A stretch of 64,000 nt of DNA from Camelus dromedarius (lineage: Eukaryota). The stretch is from assembly GCF_036321535.1 (NCBI RefSeq), contig NC_087436.1:24182001-24246000 (forward strand), given 5' to 3'. The stretch's first letter is position 1. Each line of letters starts with the position of its first letter. Of the stretch, positions 28,544-41,572 are shown one piece after another. Below the pieces are notes generated by a model, which saw only the letters and a program-made list of their open reading frames with translations, was not told where the DNA came from and did no database searches. A program made the position numbers and the translations under genes.

Positions 28544-29685
28544 CTGAAAGTAGGGTGAAAAAAAGGAGGAAAACTAAAAATTTCATTCCAATTATGCACT
28601 GGGGAAAATTTAACCACCTTTGCATGGTCTTTTGTACTTTTTCACTTATACAACTACAACGTCACTCCCTTTCAACATGCCTTTTCAGTGTTATTTACAG
28701 GATCCAAATTTCATGATACTAGTCTAGTTACCTCATAGTTAATTCAAGTGTCATAACAAAATACTTCAAGTTAGCACTTTAATTTCAGTAAATCAACTTT
28801 GTTTGGAAAAAATTATACCTCAAAAATTGATTTTTAAAGCACTAAGAGAAATACATACCAGATTTTAACAAACATGTTAAGTGTCTAATTTCTGTAAATT
28901 TGGTTACGATATGCCATTCCCTGCCTTTTACACATCTAATCTAAAATAGTACTTAGGACAGATGTGAAAAGTCATGAGATCTAGCCCCCAAATCAACATA
29001 TATACACAGCCTATGAAATTCAGGCCCCTTTGAAAATTTTAAATGGCTAGAAAATCACTTATCTATCCTTACCATCTCTACCAATAAAAATATCCCAATA
29101 CCTCCTAGTGTAAATATAGAGGGACTGGGGAAAATGATATCTAAAGCTAAATATAAGCCATATGTTATGATTCTCTTAAAACACTGAATTTATCCTGCCT
29201 TTGTTTAGTTCCTAAAAAACAGTTGAATGATGAGGATACTGGTCACAAGGGAAAAGACTAGAGGCAGATTTGCTCAGGTAACTTTTAACTGAAAGACTTG
29301 TACTATTTGTAGATACTCAGATGGAAGCCTAAGCCAGGGATTTCACACAGAGCAATACTGAAGTAGAGGGAGACGGGATACTGCAGGCGGCCCTGAAAGT
29401 AAGGAGGATGTAAGACAGGAAGTGCTGAACACATGGCAGTATATGGTAAGTGCTCAATTAAGATGTAATGAATGAATAAACACAGTTTAAAAAATGTGAT
29501 TAGAGATGGAAATATTGGTCACCACTATCTTTCATGCTACCTTGATTTTCATCAGTTGTGATTTTTTCATCTTTTTCATGGTAGCTCTTTTTAGCCCAAA
29601 TTTCTCCATTTTCTGAAAAACTCTCCCATTCTTCCTAATTAACATAAATCTAATTTTGTTCCAGGTAGAATTATAAAATACTATA

Positions 29686-29994
29686 CAGGCATATCTCGGA
29701 GATATTGTGGGTTCAGTTCCAGATCTCCGCAATAAAACAAATGCAGCAATAAAGTGAGTCACACGAATTTTTTTGGTTTCCCAGTGCATATAAAAGTTAT
29801 GTTTGCATTATACTGTAGTTTATTAAGTGCACGACAGTATTATGTCTTAAAAAAAACAAAGTACATACCTTAATTTTAAAATACTTTATTGCTAAAAAAA
29901 AAATGCTGACCATTATTGACAACACACGGTTGCCAAACCTTCAATCTGCAAAAACTGCAGTATCTGCGAAGCACAGTCAAACAAGGTATGCCTG
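29686..29994. mobile_element. Tigger1-derived internally deleted element (MITE)
   Basis: Terminal inverted repeats CAGGCATATCT...AGGTATGCCTG, flanked by TA on both sides. Confidence 0.88.
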
Positions 29995-30897
29995 TACAAA
30001 CTTGATGTCTCACGTTCTCATGGAACTAGTGTCCAAGTGACACAGTTCTGTCTAATAATCTGTAAACAGTTTCCTCAGTGGGAGTTTCTGGGTTTCTAGA
30101 AAAATGAACTGATTTATGATTTTTAAAAAAGAGCATTTGCACGAGCCTTTTACACTTCCCTCACCATACCTTTCTGCCTGGAATAGAATACAGTGCTTGG
30201 AGGTTCAGCAATCATTCTATAAGCATGAAAAAGAAAGCCCCACAAAGCAGAAGTGTAGCATAAACCTGGAATCCTGCTGACAGCATCCCACCATACAGAC
30301 TGCTGCCTCTGGTCTCTTTATCACATGAGAAAAGTAAATTGACCTAATAAAAGCTGTTCAAAGAAACTGGAGCTGATCTTTTTTTTCCTCTTTTAATAAC
30401 ATTCCTGTAGCTCAGGGATTCAAAAATATTTTCACTGATGAAGAATGATTTATAATGTTTTAAGCAAAGTATATTTATAAGAAAAAAATAATAAAAAAGC
30501 ATATAAAAAGAAATACATCAAAATATTAACAATGGTTGTCTTTATGGCAGCTTCCCCCTTTATTTCTACTTTTCTGTTTCCCATAACAAACATACATTTG
30601 TTTTATTTAACAAACTAAAGCTAGAAAAAAAGTCACCCCGAATTTAGACCTACCTCAAAGTAACTGTGGAAGTCCTCAATGTGTAAGTGGTGATGACAAT
30701 GTTTATTCCTAAGAAAATTATTCTTTTGTTTCAAGCTAGGATTGACTCAACACAACCTCACCTTCCATCAGTCCTGCTCAGAACATTCTAATCATATCAA
30801 GACTTCTAGGAAACGAGTAGTATGAAATAACTCTTTACACTTTATTGGAGAGCCATAAAAGTAATTACTATGTTAATAAGGCACTTACAAAGAAATA

Positions 30898-31629
30898 CAA
30901 TTGTCTCTCAATACTCCCCAGGGGGATTGGTTCCAGGACCCTGCTCTCCTCGAATACCCAAATCCACGGATGCTCAAGTCCTTTATATAAAATGGCATAG
31001 TATTTGCATATAATCTTCACACATCCATAAACTTTAAATCATCTCTATATTATTTATAATACCTAATGCAATATAAATACTATGTAAATAGTTGCCAGCA
31101 AGGGGCAAATCAAGTTTGCTTTTTAGGAACTTTCTGGAATTTTTTTTTTTAATTGAAGTATAGTCAATTACAGTATGTCAATTTCTGGTATACAGCATAA
31201 GGTCCTAGTTATGCATATATATACATATATTCATTTTCATGTTGTTTTTCATTAAAGGTTATTACAATATACTGAATATAGTTTCCCTGTGCTATACAGA
31301 AGAAATTTGTATATTTATATATTTTTATATATAGTGGTTATCATTTGCAAATCTCAAACTCTCAAATTTATCCCTTCCCACTCCCTTCCCCCATAACCAT
31401 AAGATTTACTATGTCTGTGAGTCTGTTCCTGCTTTGTAGATGAGTTCATTAGTGTCTTCTTTTTCCTTTTTCTTTTTTTTAGATTCCACATACGAATGTT
31501 ATCATACGGTATTTTTCTTTCTATTTCTGACTTATTTCACTTAGAAAGACGATCTCCAGGTCCATCCATGTTGCTGCAAATGGCATTATTTTATTCAAGT
31601 ATTTCCCCATGGATACGGAGGGCTGACTG
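30898..31629 (+). mobile_element. MER2B-like (Tigger) element interrupted by an antisense L1 3' end (about 31141-31596)
   Basis: GGGGATTGGTTCCAGGACC...ATGGATACGGAGGGCTGACTG with TA flanks; nested poly(T)-led L1 3' UTR. Confidence 0.85.
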
Positions 31630-34600
31630 TATTTAAAAGGAAGCTTCAAAGTTTTGCTCACAGAACTGCTAGAACAAGTGCAGGAATAGGATGCAGACAC
31701 TGCTATGCTGCCTGCTGCCTTTCAGGTCTGCGCAGGACACTGAGATGAGGGCAAGGGGACAGGGAAGGAGCAGGGAGAGACCTGGCAAAGAAAGGTCAGG
31801 ACAACTGATAAAAACTGTCAGCGATAAAAGGCTGGAGAAAACTTTGACTAAATGAGAGACACAAATAGATACCCAGTGGGGAACAAACCTCATGATAACC
31901 TAGAAAAATCTTGAGGTTTAACTCTGAGTGAAGTGGTTCACAATGTTTAAAAAAAAGAGAGAATGACACTTTGGAACCTAAGGAAGTGACATACTGTTGT
32001 CTGGGAAATGTTAAGTTAGGGAGTATTTTCAGAGCTGTTTTCCCCAATTTAATACTTAATATATTAGGAAAGAAAATGACTCATAGGTGTGTCTACAGAT
32101 ACTACTCCCATTTTAAACATTACATAGACAACATAAAATACACTAATAATATTTCATGAAACTCTAAATTCTAAAATCAGGTTCCAAGAAAAAGGCAACC
32201 TATTTGCTAAATCTAGATTCTTATTTTTCATGAAAGCACTTTTGGTTGTTTTATTACCAAAGTGAGAAATGATCTCACTAAATTAATTTAACACTTCTTT
32301 TACTTGACTAAAAAGAATAAAGGTATTAGCCCAAATGATCTTTCCTTGTTTGATCAGCTATCAAATTTCCTCTTCCCCTGTCTTTTCAAAGAACACATTT
32401 TTATTATTTTTGCTTCTAAGCAGCCTATATAAAAGATCATCTGATAATTACATAAACGCTGATATAAATCAACATCATAACCAGTATTAGTAACATTTCA
32501 GGAGAACTCTTTTTGCTTTTGGTACACAGTAGAAATAAATATGTATATCTGATGTATAGATCCAAATGGCAAATTTTTAAAATAAATTTTAGCTTCCCTA
32601 GCAAGGAGAAGCAACAAATTTTGTGTGACTATTTGAAAGGAATACTTTAAATGAAGAATTTAATTATAGCATAATGAAAGGGACAGGAAGAGAGCAATCA
32701 GGGAGAGAAAGGAAGCAAGAGCTGGAAGCCCTGGGTTATAAATTCCACACTGCCCCCAACTTGTGTGACCTTGATCCAGTCATTCACCCTTTCAAGAGAC
32801 TGTTTCAATATTAAAATCAGAGCTAATTTATGGGACACTGTAGGCTGATCTTTTTAGTTTTTTTTTTAAATTAGCTGTTACTTTAGAATATATACAATTT
32901 GGAAACAGCAGTCTTAGCTATTCTCTTTCCCAATGCTTTCTCTGTTTATTTACTTTTCATTATTGCTATCTCTCCTGAAGGTATTAGTGATTACTCTTAA
33001 ACTACTGATATTTATTTGGGGCTTAGCACAGCCCAAGCACATTCCAGTCACTATGCTAAGTCCTTTATATGCATTATGTTATTTAATATATACAACCCTA
33101 TGTAATAATTACCCAATTTTGCAGTAAGGTCAAATTTAAGGTTAAAAAATTCACCTGAGGTCACAAAGCTACTACAAAGTCTTTTTTTAAGAAACTGAAG
33201 TATAGCTGATTTACCATATTGTGTTCATTCAGGTGTGCAGCATACTGACTCAGTTATACCGTGAAGTCTTAAGGATTTAAACTTGGGCTGATTCTGTAGT
33301 GGATGCATGCTGGTCTTCTCAGCCTAGCCTCCACTCCCACTTTTGTTAACAGCACCTCATTTTCCTTGGGGAACCATCCCTCCCCTGCCTTCAATTCATG
33401 TGAACCCCTGGTTCCCCAGCTAGACACATGACCAGTCCCACCAGCTCCCGCATCACCACCACAGCTCAGGAATGGTCATGTGTCTCAATCATCAGACTCA
33501 CCGAGTCTCCATTTTAGGACTGGTGTCAGAACTCGCAGAAAGAGAACTTTTTTACTTCTGTGTTTTCAGTTATGTGAAACAAGATTTTCATTTTGTGTAT
33601 GCTAATTTGAGTACAGAGTCCTAACACAGACTCCAAAGCAAAAGATCTTAACTGATCAAAGGTTCCTGGGAAGTAAATAATTCTATCATGTCTCACCACC
33701 TGAGGACACACACCATGTTTCCACCTTCGTAAGAAGAGGTACAAGAATCACAGGCTTCTGAAATCAGGCTGGAAAAACAATGAGAGCTCTGAACTGGTTC
33801 CAGGGATCCTTCAGATAGTGGAAAGGCTTGGGTCTTTGGAAATATACATGGCTTGTATCACACAGGCCGGGACCAAACCACCACAATACAAAATTTCTGT
33901 CAGACTAGACCCAAGTTTTCTGAGCTAAGTAGTCACAAACTAAGCTTCTTTGTAGGGTACCCCGACTGCTAATACTCTCATTCACTGAATTTCAATGCAA
34001 ATCAAATCAAGAGGACCAATTTGGCATCTCCCTAGTGACCATCATTACATTTTAAGATGAATTAGCAATTTAATTCTAGTAAGGTAAGGTATAAGACGAT
34101 GTCTTATAAAATATTCTTTGACTTACAAGCATCAGGTTACTTTTAATAAAGATCAAGAAAGAACAATGGATAAAGGTAAATAATCTGACTTACACTTGCT
34201 TCAGCATTCATCACATACCATCTTCATCACACTATGAAACAAACCTCTACTCCACTGTCTATGCATGTTAACTGCATCAGGCATTCTGTTCTCATCTATC
34301 TGTGTGCCCAAACTTCGTCTGCCTCTTCATGGTTATCTCCTCCAATTCCACACTTCTAACTGCCAATCATACATTTCCATTTGAATATACCACCATATCA
34401 ACAACAACAACAACAAAAACTAAAATAAAACTTTTTATGGAGCCTCTGAAAATTCAATGTTCCATACTGTACTCCTCTCTACTGAAGGTACTACCTACCT
34501 CCAGTCAGCCAGAGTCCTCTTTCTTCTCATTACCAAAAGCCAGCTACTGAAGCCTTTTGGCTTTATCATCAGAATACCTCTTTTATTACCTCTTTCCTTC

Positions 34601-35039
34601 CATTAGCTTCCCTTATCACCTCAATTCTGGATTTCCAGAGCAGCCTACCAATTGATCTCCTGCCTCCATACATTCAACACTTATCCCAAGTATTGCATAG
34701 TTTAGAAACTGAACTACACACTAGAAGATATCTATGGACTCACCACACCTGGACCCTGTCCTGAATAAGATTGAATAAGACCTAACAAGGGAGGTAGACA
34801 CATATACAATACAATGAGAAAAGAGATAATTTAAAGGGTCAGGCAAGGTGCTAAAGAGAGTTCACAGAAGGATAGAATGGAGAATAAGTGGTAGGGGAAT
34901 TCCTAATAGAAACACAGAGTTGAATGAGGAAGAATTACACGTGGTGAAACACGGGAAGGGAGAATATTCCAGGCAGAGTGGGAAATGCAAGAGGAAAACA
35001 TACGGATCAGCAAATAAATGGCTGGACTATAGGGTACTT

Positions 35040-35220
35040 GAAGGGTATAGCTCAGTGGTACAGTGCATGCTTGGCATGCACGCGGTCCTGGGTTCAATCC
35101 TCAGCACCTCCATTAAAAAAATTTTTTTTTTAAATATCAAAATCACTATGTAGTATGCCTAAAACTAACATAATATTGTACATCAACTCTATTTCAATTA
35201 AAAAAAAACAAAAACAAAAC
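35040..35220 (+). mobile_element. tRNA-derived SINE followed directly by an L1 3' tip
   Basis: GAAGGGTATAGCTCAGTGG...GGTTCAATCC, A tail, then AATCACTATGTAGTATGCCTAAAACTAACATAATATTGTACATCAACT plus poly(A). Confidence 0.75.
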
Positions 35221-35646
35221 CGGCAGCACACTGTTTTGTTTGGCCCTCAAGCATGGTTTGTTGACCCCTGCACTGGATCATAATTCTTTGTTCCTAACAG
35301 AATGTCTTCTTTCCAGCAATTACTCATCAAGGGTTTGATTTACCAATGGGGGGATTGGGGTGAAGCGGTGCTGATTATTTTCTTTTAGTTAATATTAACA
35401 TCTTGTATTTAATACGGCAAAACTTCACACCACTACAAATGACAAGTAAGCTATCCCAATGTCCAGACAGGAACTGCTGATCCCTAGTGACAGGATGCAT
35501 TAAACCCAACACTAGGCTTTAATGATTCTGTTGGTGCTGCCACTGTCCCATACTGATATGAAAGGAACGTAGCTAGTTATAATGAGGAAACACATAAAAG
35601 GAAGGAGCGTTAAGGATTTGAGTCTCAATTTAAAAATCAAATGTAT

Positions 35647-35781
35647 GGAGGGGAGGATATAGCTCAAATGGTAGAGTGCATGCTTAGCACACACAAGGTC
35701 CTCGGTTCAATCCCCAGTACCTCCTCCAAAAATAAATAAATAAATAAACCTAACTACTTCCCCCCCTCAAAAAAATAAAAT
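35647..35781 (+). mobile_element. tRNA-Ala-derived SINE (vic-1-like)
   Basis: tRNA-like head with a TAAA/C-rich tail; TSD AAAATMAAATGTAT at 35633-35646 and 35782-35795. Confidence 0.9.
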
Positions 35782-38394
35782 AAAATAAAATGTATTTCTA
35801 TTTAAGGAGTTCACTTTATAATTTTGACTTCCAAAATTCTACAAACAAGATTTTACTCTTCCAATTTTATATATATAGTACTTAGGAACAGATTAGCAAA
35901 TATAGACTTTACTGCATTTAATAAAGCATTTCAGGTGATTCAAAAATAGCACTGCTATTTTAATAAGACATGCTCTGAAAAATTTCTAGTCCACAAAACA
36001 TTTAACACAGTATCTCATTTTTATCAAATAAATATAATGTCTAGAAGGTAATTTTATTAGCAAAGTAACATAGAGCTTTCCAGTTTCCACTTTAAGATGA
36101 AAAATTAGAAGAAATGACAGTTCAGATTAGGCTTATAATTTTCCAAAGCAATAATATGAACATTTCAGCAGTACTTAAGATATATTATAGGTTAACAAAA
36201 AAGAAGCAGCAGCAACACATGGAATAAAGCTCTTCTATATCACTTTTTTTTTTAGACACCAAAAAAAAAATTTCCAAAATAGCCCTCTTTTTCTACTACA
36301 GAAATCTCTGAACATTTCTTCAGTCTTTTCAATCACAATAAAAATCTCTCTCAAGTCTTACAGTTGGGGGTAGAAGTCAATAGTTAAGGCCTTAGTAAGG
36401 AGAAAAAGAAACTCAGTGTCCCTGTCAACTAGGATATCAACTCAGTGTCCCTATCAACCTATCAGGTTAAGATAAAGCTCAGGAAGAATCAACCCAGAGA
36501 AAAAGGTTTTCTCCTTGCCTCTCTCAACAAGAAGGATCAATTCTGTGCTCCCAGATTCATCACATCTGTGGTTCTGGTTTATTTATCAATGCCAGCACTA
36601 ATCCCACTAGTTAATCATTCAATGATCTGCACTGGACATATTTTATACATATATTTTTAATATGCTGTAAGTATTTCTTAAATTTGCACCTGATTCACCT
36701 TTAAGTATAAATGGCAACTCAGACGCAGGTAAAGGGCCACTCAACCCCAGCTCCTCCCAGCTTCCATTCCCTGTGTTACCCTGATCCCATATGGGGCAAT
36801 TTCTCTTCCCTTCAGCTGTCTGCTCTATCTGTGTTTCACTCTCTGGTTGTGCAGCCACAGAACTGATGGTGCCAAAGAGAAACAATGATGTTAAGCCACC
36901 AAGGAAGAATCTTCTTCAGATTACCAACTATGAACCAGGTACCTCATATATGTTCTCATCTAATCCTCACATTAGCCTGATTCGGTATTATTATTATTAT
37001 CTTTGACTGAATTATAGTCGGTTTACAATGTTGTGTTAATTTCTGGTGTGCAGCATAGTGATTCAGTTCCGATACATTATTACTACCCCAATTTTTCAGA
37101 TGAGAAAATAGACTTGGAAAGATGAAGGAAACTGCCTAAGGAGTAGAGTAACCAACTACCCCAGTTCGCCTAAGATGGAGGGGGTTCCTGGGATATGGGA
37201 TTTCAGTTTTAAAACTGGGACAGTCTCAGGCAAAGTTCATCACCCTATCAAGGACAGACAGCCCTTTCACAGGTTCAGATCTGAGCTAGGCCAGTTGGGC
37301 TCCAAAGCCCAAACACTTTCTCTCAGAACTCCTTCTCCCAAACTACACTCCCTCTCAACCTCAGAAGCCCCGTTATTTTCCTCTTACACAAGTTCCTGGG
37401 CCTAACTTAATTCTGTTGAAAAATATTCAGCCTCTTATTCTACCTTTTCCTTTGCAATGTATACAAATCTTTCTTAACTCCCTAATACAGTGCATCCAAA
37501 GGACCACCACTGGCAGCTTGAATGGGACAATTAAAAATTAATGTGAAAATTAAAAGGCAAAAGGGCCTACAGAATACTGATTTCTTTTCAATCTTTTTTC
37601 TCCTTTACTGTGATTAGCAGTAAAATCCCTTTGTGTGTGAGGAGGTGGGGTAGTGGTTAGGGAACTAAAAATAAATTGTTCCTGCCTCAAGGACGTGAGG
37701 GTGAGAAAGAAGTTAGCTTTTTTTTTTTTCCCCCCACGGGGGACTGAGGTAAAGAGCATCCTAATTTAAAGTGAAAAAATAAATGTAGTATAAGGAAGGC
37801 AGAGCAGTTCCTTGCGTCCCCATCTTTTAAGCGATAATATTAGCAGGTGGTTGAAAGGTTAGTAGTGGCTCAGAGTGAGGAAGTGTGTCTAAAATTTACA
37901 TCATCAGGAAGCCTCAGCCCTGTTACTGACCCTTATTCTCCAAATCCCTATTCCAACCCCTCAGAACCCCAGGCTTGGCCTTGGGCTTACTACGTGCTCC
38001 ACTGCTACTGTGTCTCCAGTCTCAGGAGCCACCAATGGGGCTTAAAAAACTGAGAGGGTGGCACTGAGAATGTGCTTCTGGCAATCCAAGTAAGAACCAA
38101 GTAGGAACTACAGAATGTTTCCGCAGGAAAATAAATTTTTCTAAACAACTCAATGTCATACCTAAACTACTGTAGCAAAACTGTATGCATGAGGACACCT
38201 AAGTACTTCCTCAAAGGCAACAGGGCTTTACTTCCACAATACCCAAGGCAGTGCTCAAATGAATGTTTAATAAATAATACTTATTCCATGAAATTCCTGT
38301 ACTTGAGAAATTTCACTGTTTTTTTCTTCGATCTTACTTCACTAACTCCCAGCACGTGAGACACAGCAGATGAGTCAGTGGATACCCTCTGCAC

Positions 38395-38527
38395 CCTGGC
38401 TACTCAATTATGTGGTCCACAGACAAGCTGCATCTGCATCACCTGGGACCTTACCAAATCAGAATCTATACTTTAAAAAAAAAATCCCCAGGTAAATCGT
38501 ATGCATATTGAAGTTTGAGAAGCACTG
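38395..38527. mobile_element. MER5A-like hAT MITE
   Basis: GCATCACCTGGGA...AAATCAGAATCT...AAGTTTGAGAAGCACTG. Confidence 0.65.
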
Positions 38528-38682
38528 CCTTATAAGTTTGCTACATACACAGCCTTCCAATCCCCGACTCCAACATCCTCATCAGTGTGAGAAAAGATGG
38601 AGCGCAGGGCCAGCAGTTAACCCACGGAGGAGTTGGGACACTTGTCATGCCGGGGCTACCTGGCAGTCTCCCATCCGCTCAC

Positions 38683-38931
38683 CTTGATACGCTCCCCATC
38701 AATCTCCACCGCTCGTTCTCGGAAGTCCACCCCGATAGTAGCCTCGGTACGGTCAGGGAAGCGGCCGGCGCAGAAACGGTAGGTCAGGCACGTTTTGCCC
38801 ACATTGGAGTCGCCAATCACGATTATTTTGAAGATGCGGGAGCGAGCCGGAGGCAGAAACGCTGAGGCGCCTGACATAGCACCGCTGGACGAGAAGCTCT
38901 CCTCGAGCGACGACTCAATCTCTGAAGCCAT
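38683..38931 (-). CDS. RAB33B: RAB33B coding exon 1 (aa 1-83)
   Basis: ATG at 38931-38929; [17 protein letters not shown]...[50 protein letters not shown] (P-loop GDSNVGKT, Rab33 effector region). Donor AAG|GTGAGC at 38682, phase 0. Confidence 0.97.
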
Positions 38932-39392
38932 TCTCCTGACCCGCCTCAAACTGAGGGAAGGAGACGCAGAGAGGCAGAGAGGTTACGCCACTGTGAGCGA
39001 GCGCGCCTAGCTCGCCGGCTCCGCTGCGCAACGTCCCAGGAGCCACCTCCCTCCAGACCCAGAGCGCGCGTGCGCACCCTCCCACGCCCGCCCCCGCAGG
39101 TGTGGCGCCCACCAGCCCAGCCTCGCTGACCCTCCCGCCCGGCCCACGGCCCCATCCCAGCGTCAGTCGGCCAGGCGCCCGTCTACCTGGGAAGGCACCG
39201 GGCCTGTCGGGGGCTTGACGGGGGCGCGGAAGGCCAGCTGCCGAGCAGCTAAGCAGAGCACCCGAGGCCCGGCGCCCAGGCTGGCCCGGCCCCGCCACGT
39301 CCAAGGCTACCGCCCACCGGAGGAAGCCGTGCGAGCACTCTGGGGGCGGGGAGAGAAAGACAGCTGAAAGGAAGGAGGCACCACCAGGCACT

Positions 39393-39404
39393 CTCTCGCG
39401 AGAG
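39393..39404. promoter_or_regulatory. Palindromic TCTCGCGAGA element (BANP/ZBTB33-type CGCG motif)
   Basis: Perfect 12-bp palindrome CTCTCGCGAGAG inside the CpG island. Confidence 0.7.
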
Positions 39405-39993
39405 GGCCGAAGAGCCGTTTCAACGGGGGCGTGTACCTGGTGAGGCTACGTAGTCTTCGGAAGGCTCGGGCGTCGGGTTCGGTGCTATCATCGACGTACC
39501 GTTGGGGCTTCCCTGGACTTGGAGGTGGAGGCGGGTTCCCTTACCTTGCTGCCTGGGCCTGCGGTGTCGGCTGTGCTCCCTGTCTCCTCCAGGTTCTCTG
39601 GATCGCTGGAGTTGGGACAGCGACAACGGCTGGGAGAGGTGGGGCCCGAGGAGCTGCTGGAAGCCCCCGGGGCGCGGGAGACACTTAAAAGCGACCTTTG
39701 GGCCGCGCGGAGCTTGAGCCTTGGCAGGAGCATGGGGTGTCCGGGAGCAGGTGTGAGTTCGAGGCCGCCCGCCGCCTCTGCACAGAGAATTTTATTAGTC
39801 GCCCTAGCAATATTTCGATATCCGCGGGACCCAGGTGCCCAGGGTTCGGGGCCCAAGAAGTTGAGCAGGTCACAGGTGGACCACCTCAGGGCATTGAACC
39901 CAAGAGCTGTTACTAGACGGCGTCTCTGGTGAGAATAAAACTCATTGTTCCCTCGTGCTTGGGTGACGGTGATGTAGCCATTAAATGTTACAG

Positions 39994-40111
39994 AGCGCAC
40001 GCGGAAGTTGTCTTTGTCCATATATCTGAGGACAGTATTATTAGACGAGCCCACTCAACCTTAAAGAATCCCTGGATTACCATGAATTCTTACGAAGGAA
40101 CCTACCATTCA
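39994..40111 (+). pseudogene. Fossil exon A
   Basis: TGTTACAG| acceptor; reads AHAEVVFVHISEDSIIRRA then, after a frame change, LNLKESLDYHEFLRRNLPF. Ends in phase 1 at a degenerate donor A|TTGAGT. An upstream donor TG|GTGAGA at 39929 would give a short 65-nt intron. Confidence 0.4.
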
Positions 40112-40572
40112 TTGAGTCATAGAAAAAGTCCAAAATATGCAAACATACTGCTTTTTGTGGAAAGCTTTGTTTTGTCTTGTAATAACAAGAGTGGGTTTTT
40201 GGTTTGGTTTGGTTTTTTTCTGTTTGAGCGTATGGTTATGCCGTTTGCAAATACAAGGACTACAGAGAGGACATGGCGTCCCTTAAATAGAATGAGGGGA
40301 ACAATAGAGCACTAGAAGTCCTAGGAAAGGAGATAAACTGCTTATTTCAATAGATAAAATGAAAATGTGGTCAGAGCAAATTAGTGGTAGAACCTGAGCA
40401 TGCTGAGTTGCCAGGAATTTGCAAAAGCCTTATTATACAATAGTTTCTGTTGTGGTAAAAGAAAAACTTTATGCAGTTATTGATATACCAAGTTCTGTTA
40501 GCCAGGAGGAGAAAGTTTACTCACCTTGTTGACTGTGTATGCCAATTACATTTATTAAGTTTCCTGTGACAG

Positions 40573-40767
40573 AAACCAGACCATGGCCTGGAAAAGCCTA
40601 AATGTTCATCTGTGAGGTTATTTCCGTGAACATTAATCATCCCAGAAACTATCAGAGGGCCTTGAAATATATTCCTCTAATCTACTCTACTTATCCCATT
40701 TAAAGGATAGAATCTGAAGATTTAATGATAAAAAGCAGTTGAAGAATTCAAAGCTGAGGATAATCGG
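40573..40767 (+). pseudogene. Fossil exon B
   Basis: TTTCCTGTGACAG| acceptor, phase 1: (K)TRPWPGKA*MFICEVISVNINHPRNYQRALKYIPLIYSTYPI*RIESEDLMIK, +1 A at 40734, AVEEFKAEDNR. Donor CGG|GTAATT, phase 0. Confidence 0.5.
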
Positions 40768-41181
40768 GTAATTTCAAAAGGTGGTGAAAAAAGCATCATG
40801 ACTCTGCATCTCAAGACCCTTGCTCTTTCTTTTTTGTATTCTGGCTGTTTTGGTTTAGCCTGCACCAGAAATTCTTTTTCTTACCTGTTTATCCTATTTA
40901 TATTCCATTTCTAGCTCAAAAGTCTCATCTCTGAAGCTTTTCCTGATTACTTCAGTTCAGAATGTTCTTGATTTATTCTAAATCTAATATGCTTTTTGGG
41001 TATTGCTCATTGGGCTTATACTGTCTTTGCTGTTTAAGTTTCATGGTTATATGCTGTGCCTTTCAACTAGATTGTCAACTCTTGACTACTGACTTTCAGC
41101 TCATTGTTATTCAGCAAACGATGAATAGTGAGTGAGGTGAGAAATTTCTTGTGAAGGATTATTAATTTGAACCCTTTACAG

Positions 41182-41296
41182 TTATACACAGCTCAGCACC
41201 ACTCAGATGGAAAAATCATTGTAGACACTTGACATTGTTATCTGGAGTTTGATATTTTCAATATGCAGTTTGAGAGATTCCTTATGTGACTAAAGT
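41182..41296 (+). pseudogene. Fossil exon C
   Basis: CCCTTTACAG| acceptor, phase 0: LYTAQHHSDGKIIVDT*HCYLEFDIFNMQFERFLM*LK (both stops TGA). Donor AGT|GTATGT, phase 1. Confidence 0.5.
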
Positions 41297-41508
41297 GTAT
41301 GTCACTCTTCTTAATTGAATAACCCCAGAACCTCCAGGTTTGATGCCTGAAGGAGATTCTACTGTCAGGAAAAGTGATGGATTATGCAGCCCTATTTCCT
41401 GAGAATTCATTTTGTCCTTGGAGTTTTTCACTACTTGCTGCCAAAGCATAAGCCACTTGGCCTCAAATATAAACATGAACCCTTCCTTTGCTTAATAATT
41501 TACCACAG

Positions 41509-41572
41509 AGCTGAGGAGAGACTGAATTCAGATCCTTTAGCAGTACAACTGGAACAGTATACATGGTTCAGG
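41509..41572 (+). pseudogene. Fossil exon D (64 nt)
   Basis: TTTACCACAG| acceptor and AGG|GTAAGA donor. The phase 1 to 2 frame reads *LRRD*IQIL*QYNWNSIHGS(G); an alternative stop-free frame reads AEERLNSDPLAVQLEQYTWFR. Confidence 0.5.

Larger units (their letters stand above)
38650..40050. promoter_or_regulatory. CpG island / probable bidirectional promoter of RAB33B
   Basis: Abrupt rise in GC and CpG content in an AT-rich, CpG-depleted background. Contains GC boxes (CCACGCCCGCCCCC about 39082; GGGGGCGGGG about 39342), an NRF1-like CGCGCGTGCGCA about 39065, and TCTCGCGAGA at 39394-39403. Confidence 0.9.

Noticed and set aside
39488..40054. 188-codon minus-strand ORF upstream of RAB33B (ATG at 40021, MDKDNFRVRS...)
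   Set aside because: It lies in GC-rich CpG-island DNA where stops are rare, and it is in codon register with a + strand frame that includes fossil exon A. An antisense shadow or chance explains it; there is no recognisable domain.
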